A DNA stretch of 43,709 bases from a virus (lineage: Duplodnaviria > Caudoviricetes): positions 1 through 43,709 of the IMG/VR virus record IMGVR_UViG_3300010376_000062; one strand, 5' to 3'. The position numbers and the translations under genes were made by a program. A model generated the notes under the pieces. It did not search any database, was not told the DNA's origin, and saw nothing but the letters and a program-made list of their open reading frames with translations. Positions 42,139 through 43,709 of this stretch are shown here, piece after piece (positions within the stretch are counted from its first letter, which is position 1; the number at the start of each line of letters is the position of its first letter).

Positions 42139-42173
42139 CGAACGGCCCGACGGGGTCTTTGCCGGGCCGTTCG
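42139..42173. terminator. Stem-loop downstream of the leftward operon
   Basis: CGAACGGCCCG/CGGGCCGTTCG 11-bp perfect stem; no clear U-tract. Confidence 0.4.
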
Positions 42174-42208
42174 GCGGACGTCTCGGAAAGGACGGTCCGC
42201 CGCCAAGC

Positions 42209-42985
42209 TTACGAGTAGCGGCGCTGCACGTTGATCACGGTCGCCTTCGCCTTGCCCCAGTTCAGGGTGCCGCCGCCGGCGAACCGCTTCGTCGGCGCGT
42301 CGACCGTGACCCACTTGCCCCACTTCTGGACCATCGCGCGGGCGGCGTGCTCGACCGCCTCCGGGGTGCGGACACCGGCCTCGCCGCCCTTCGCCGAGCC
42401 GAGCAGCTGCGAGTCGAAGACGAAGCGGTCGTCGCGCCAGATGATCCGGTGCTTCAAGAGCGCCTGGAGGGCGACGTCGACGTCGTAGTGCTGCTCGACG
42501 TTCGGGTCGGCCCGCAGCTCGTGCCCGCGCCGGAAGCCGTAGATCTCCCGCACGTACGCGTTCAGCGCGAACGGGCGGTCGTTGTTCAGGTAGGTCGGGA
42601 CCATGTGGTGCCCGAAGCCGAACAGGTAGGCGCCGGCGTCGCGGGCGCAGACCGCCGTCACCTCGAGCAGGCCGCGTATCAGCTCCGGGTCGCGGTAGGT
42701 GCGCGCCCGCCAGCCGACCAGGCAGCGCAGCGCGTGCACGTCGTCGGCCGACCAGTAGACGAACTCGGCCAGGTCCTGATCGTGGAGCCAGTTCTCGATC
42801 TGCGAGAGCTGCGCGAACTGCGGGTGCGGCAGCAGCTGCTCGTCCGGGACGACCCGGGCGTACGTGTCGACCTCGCGCTCGTCGACGGTGACCGTCGCGT
42901 ACGGGAAGAGGGCGAGCGCGTTCCGGCCGATCGAGTCCGAACGGCCCCGCGAGATGATCACGACCCGGACGTCAGGCGCTGTCAC
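42209..42985 (-). CDS. GREB1/TAGT-like GT-A glycosyltransferase
   Basis: VVIISRGR, E...Y, NW, SADD (DxD-like), YDVDVALQAL...IIWRDDRF, GG..., QKWG; start likely GTG 42985. Confidence 0.72.
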   Translation of the reverse strand: MTAPDVRVVIISRGRSDSIGRNALALFPYATVTVDEREVDTYARVVPDEQLLPHPQFAQLSQIENWLHDQDLAEFVYWSADDVHALRCLVGWRARTYRDPELIRGLLEVTAVCARDAGAYLFGFGHHMVPTYLNNDRPFALNAYVREIYGFRRGHELRADPNVEQHYDVDVALQALLKHRIIWRDDRFVFDSQLLGSAKGGEAGVRTPEAVEHAARAMVQKWGKWVTVDAPTKRFAGGGTLNWGKAKATVINVQRRYS

Positions 42986-43055
42986 TTCGAAAAAAGCGTT
43001 ACGGGCTGCTGGAAAATCCAACGCCAGTCGGCAAGCGGGTTGTGGCGGCGTGGCG

Positions 43056-43463
43056 TTACGGTTGCTCCCGGGCCGCTGGCTGGACATTTCGACGCCGGCG
43101 ATAGGCGCGCTGTCGGCAGGCGTTCGAGCAGTAGACGCGGCCCTTGAGGCCGGGCCAGACGCGCGTTCCGCAGCCGGGGCACGGCTCGGCCGACTGGTAG
43201 GCGACCTCGGCGCGCAACCGTGCGACCTCGCGGCGGAGCTCCGCGGCGGTCGCGAACTCCGGTCGGCAGTGGAGCAGCCCGTAGAGCGTCCAGTCGAGGT
43301 GGGCGTAGGTGTGCAGGCGCGACCAGCCGAGCGAGAACGCGATCGGCAGGACGATGCTGGTGTAGGCGACGCGCTCGTCGTCGTCGAAGCGTTCGAGGTT
43401 GCTGAGGGCGTAGTCGAGCGCTGGCTCCCAGTCCTCGTTCCCGAAGACGTCGAACAGGCTCAT
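43056..43463 (-). CDS. Protein with C-terminal Zn-finger (CxxC...YCSxxCRQRAYR)
   Basis: CPGCG...YCSNACRQRAYRRR; ATGA overlap. Confidence 0.7.
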   Translation of the reverse strand: MSLFDVFGNEDWEPALDYALSNLERFDDDERVAYTSIVLPIAFSLGWSRLHTYAHLDWTLYGLLHCRPEFATAAELRREVARLRAEVAYQSAEPCPGCGTRVWPGLKGRVYCSNACRQRAYRRRRNVQPAAREQP

Positions 43464-43709
43464 TCGCCGGGGCGCAGCCGCGCGAGGAGCTGCTTGGCGT
43501 CGATGACGCGGCCGAGGCCGAACTGGCTGCGCCCGTCGGCGAGCCGGAACTCGACCTGTTCGATCCCGAGGAGATCCTGGAGGGCGAGCCAGTCGTGGCT
43601 GTTCTTGGCGAGGACGACGACGTAGTCGTAGTGCTCGAAGTGCTGGAGGCCCATCTTCCCGTTCGTCGGGTCGAGCGACGAGGTGAGGCCCGGCGCGGGC
43701 GCGTCGGTC
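43460..43709 (-). CDS. ParB-like protein, 3' part (continuation of 572-1)
   Basis: In frame across the junction; C-terminal EHYDYVVVL...DW...GRVID domain. Confidence 0.8.
   Translation of the reverse strand, partial: TDAPAPGLTSSLDPTNGKMGLQHFEHYDYVVVLAKNSHDWLALQDLLGIEQVEFRLADGRSQFGLGRVIDAKQLLARLRPGE

Noticed and set aside
9-43625. Many long overlapping ORFs in the track (e.g. 9-617 +, 18446-20278 -, 25523-27712 -, upstream part of 39527-42028 +)
   Set aside because: Shadow frames of high-GC genes, Arg/Gly/Ala-rich or antisense, without motifs or starts.
43587-43709. Biological direct terminal repeat
   Set aside because: Falls mid-gene, far from the HNH/terminase region; best explained as assembler overlap.

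Overview
A complete, circularly assembled genome of a very high-GC tailed phage. Bases 1-123 repeat exactly at 43587-43709, so the unit length is 43,586 bp. It is probably a temperate, contractile-tailed phage of an actinobacterial host (Thermoleophilia is a tentative inference). Layout: (i) a divergent control region at about 1500-2400; (ii) a rightward early operon (RecA-fold AAA ATPase, MgsA/RarA C-terminal-like protein, Ku, ATP-dependent ligase, ParB/Spo0J, many small ORFs) ending at an intrinsic terminator; (iii) HNH, terminase, portal, scaffold, HK97 capsid, sheath/tube, frameshifted chaperone, tape measure, baseplate, fibres, amidase lysin and holins; (iv) xis-like HTHs, tyrosine integrase, Rpf-like transglycosylase, XRE regulator, SSB; (v) a sugar-modification locus around the origin (RmlB-like dehydratase, DegT aminotransferase, two SAM methyltransferases, GREB1/TAGT-like glycosyltransferase, ParB-like protein). 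The most striking signals are non-coding. The structured leftward RNA at 1631-1507 is complementary to a conserved RBS-associated motif upstream of six early genes and to the 5' end of the early transcript. There is also a roughly 450-550 nt densely structured RNA with a T-loop, five intergenic hairpin cassettes, four copies of a 45-bp bipartite site and four copies of a 17-bp palindrome. All protein calls come from motif recognition by eye; no database searches were run.
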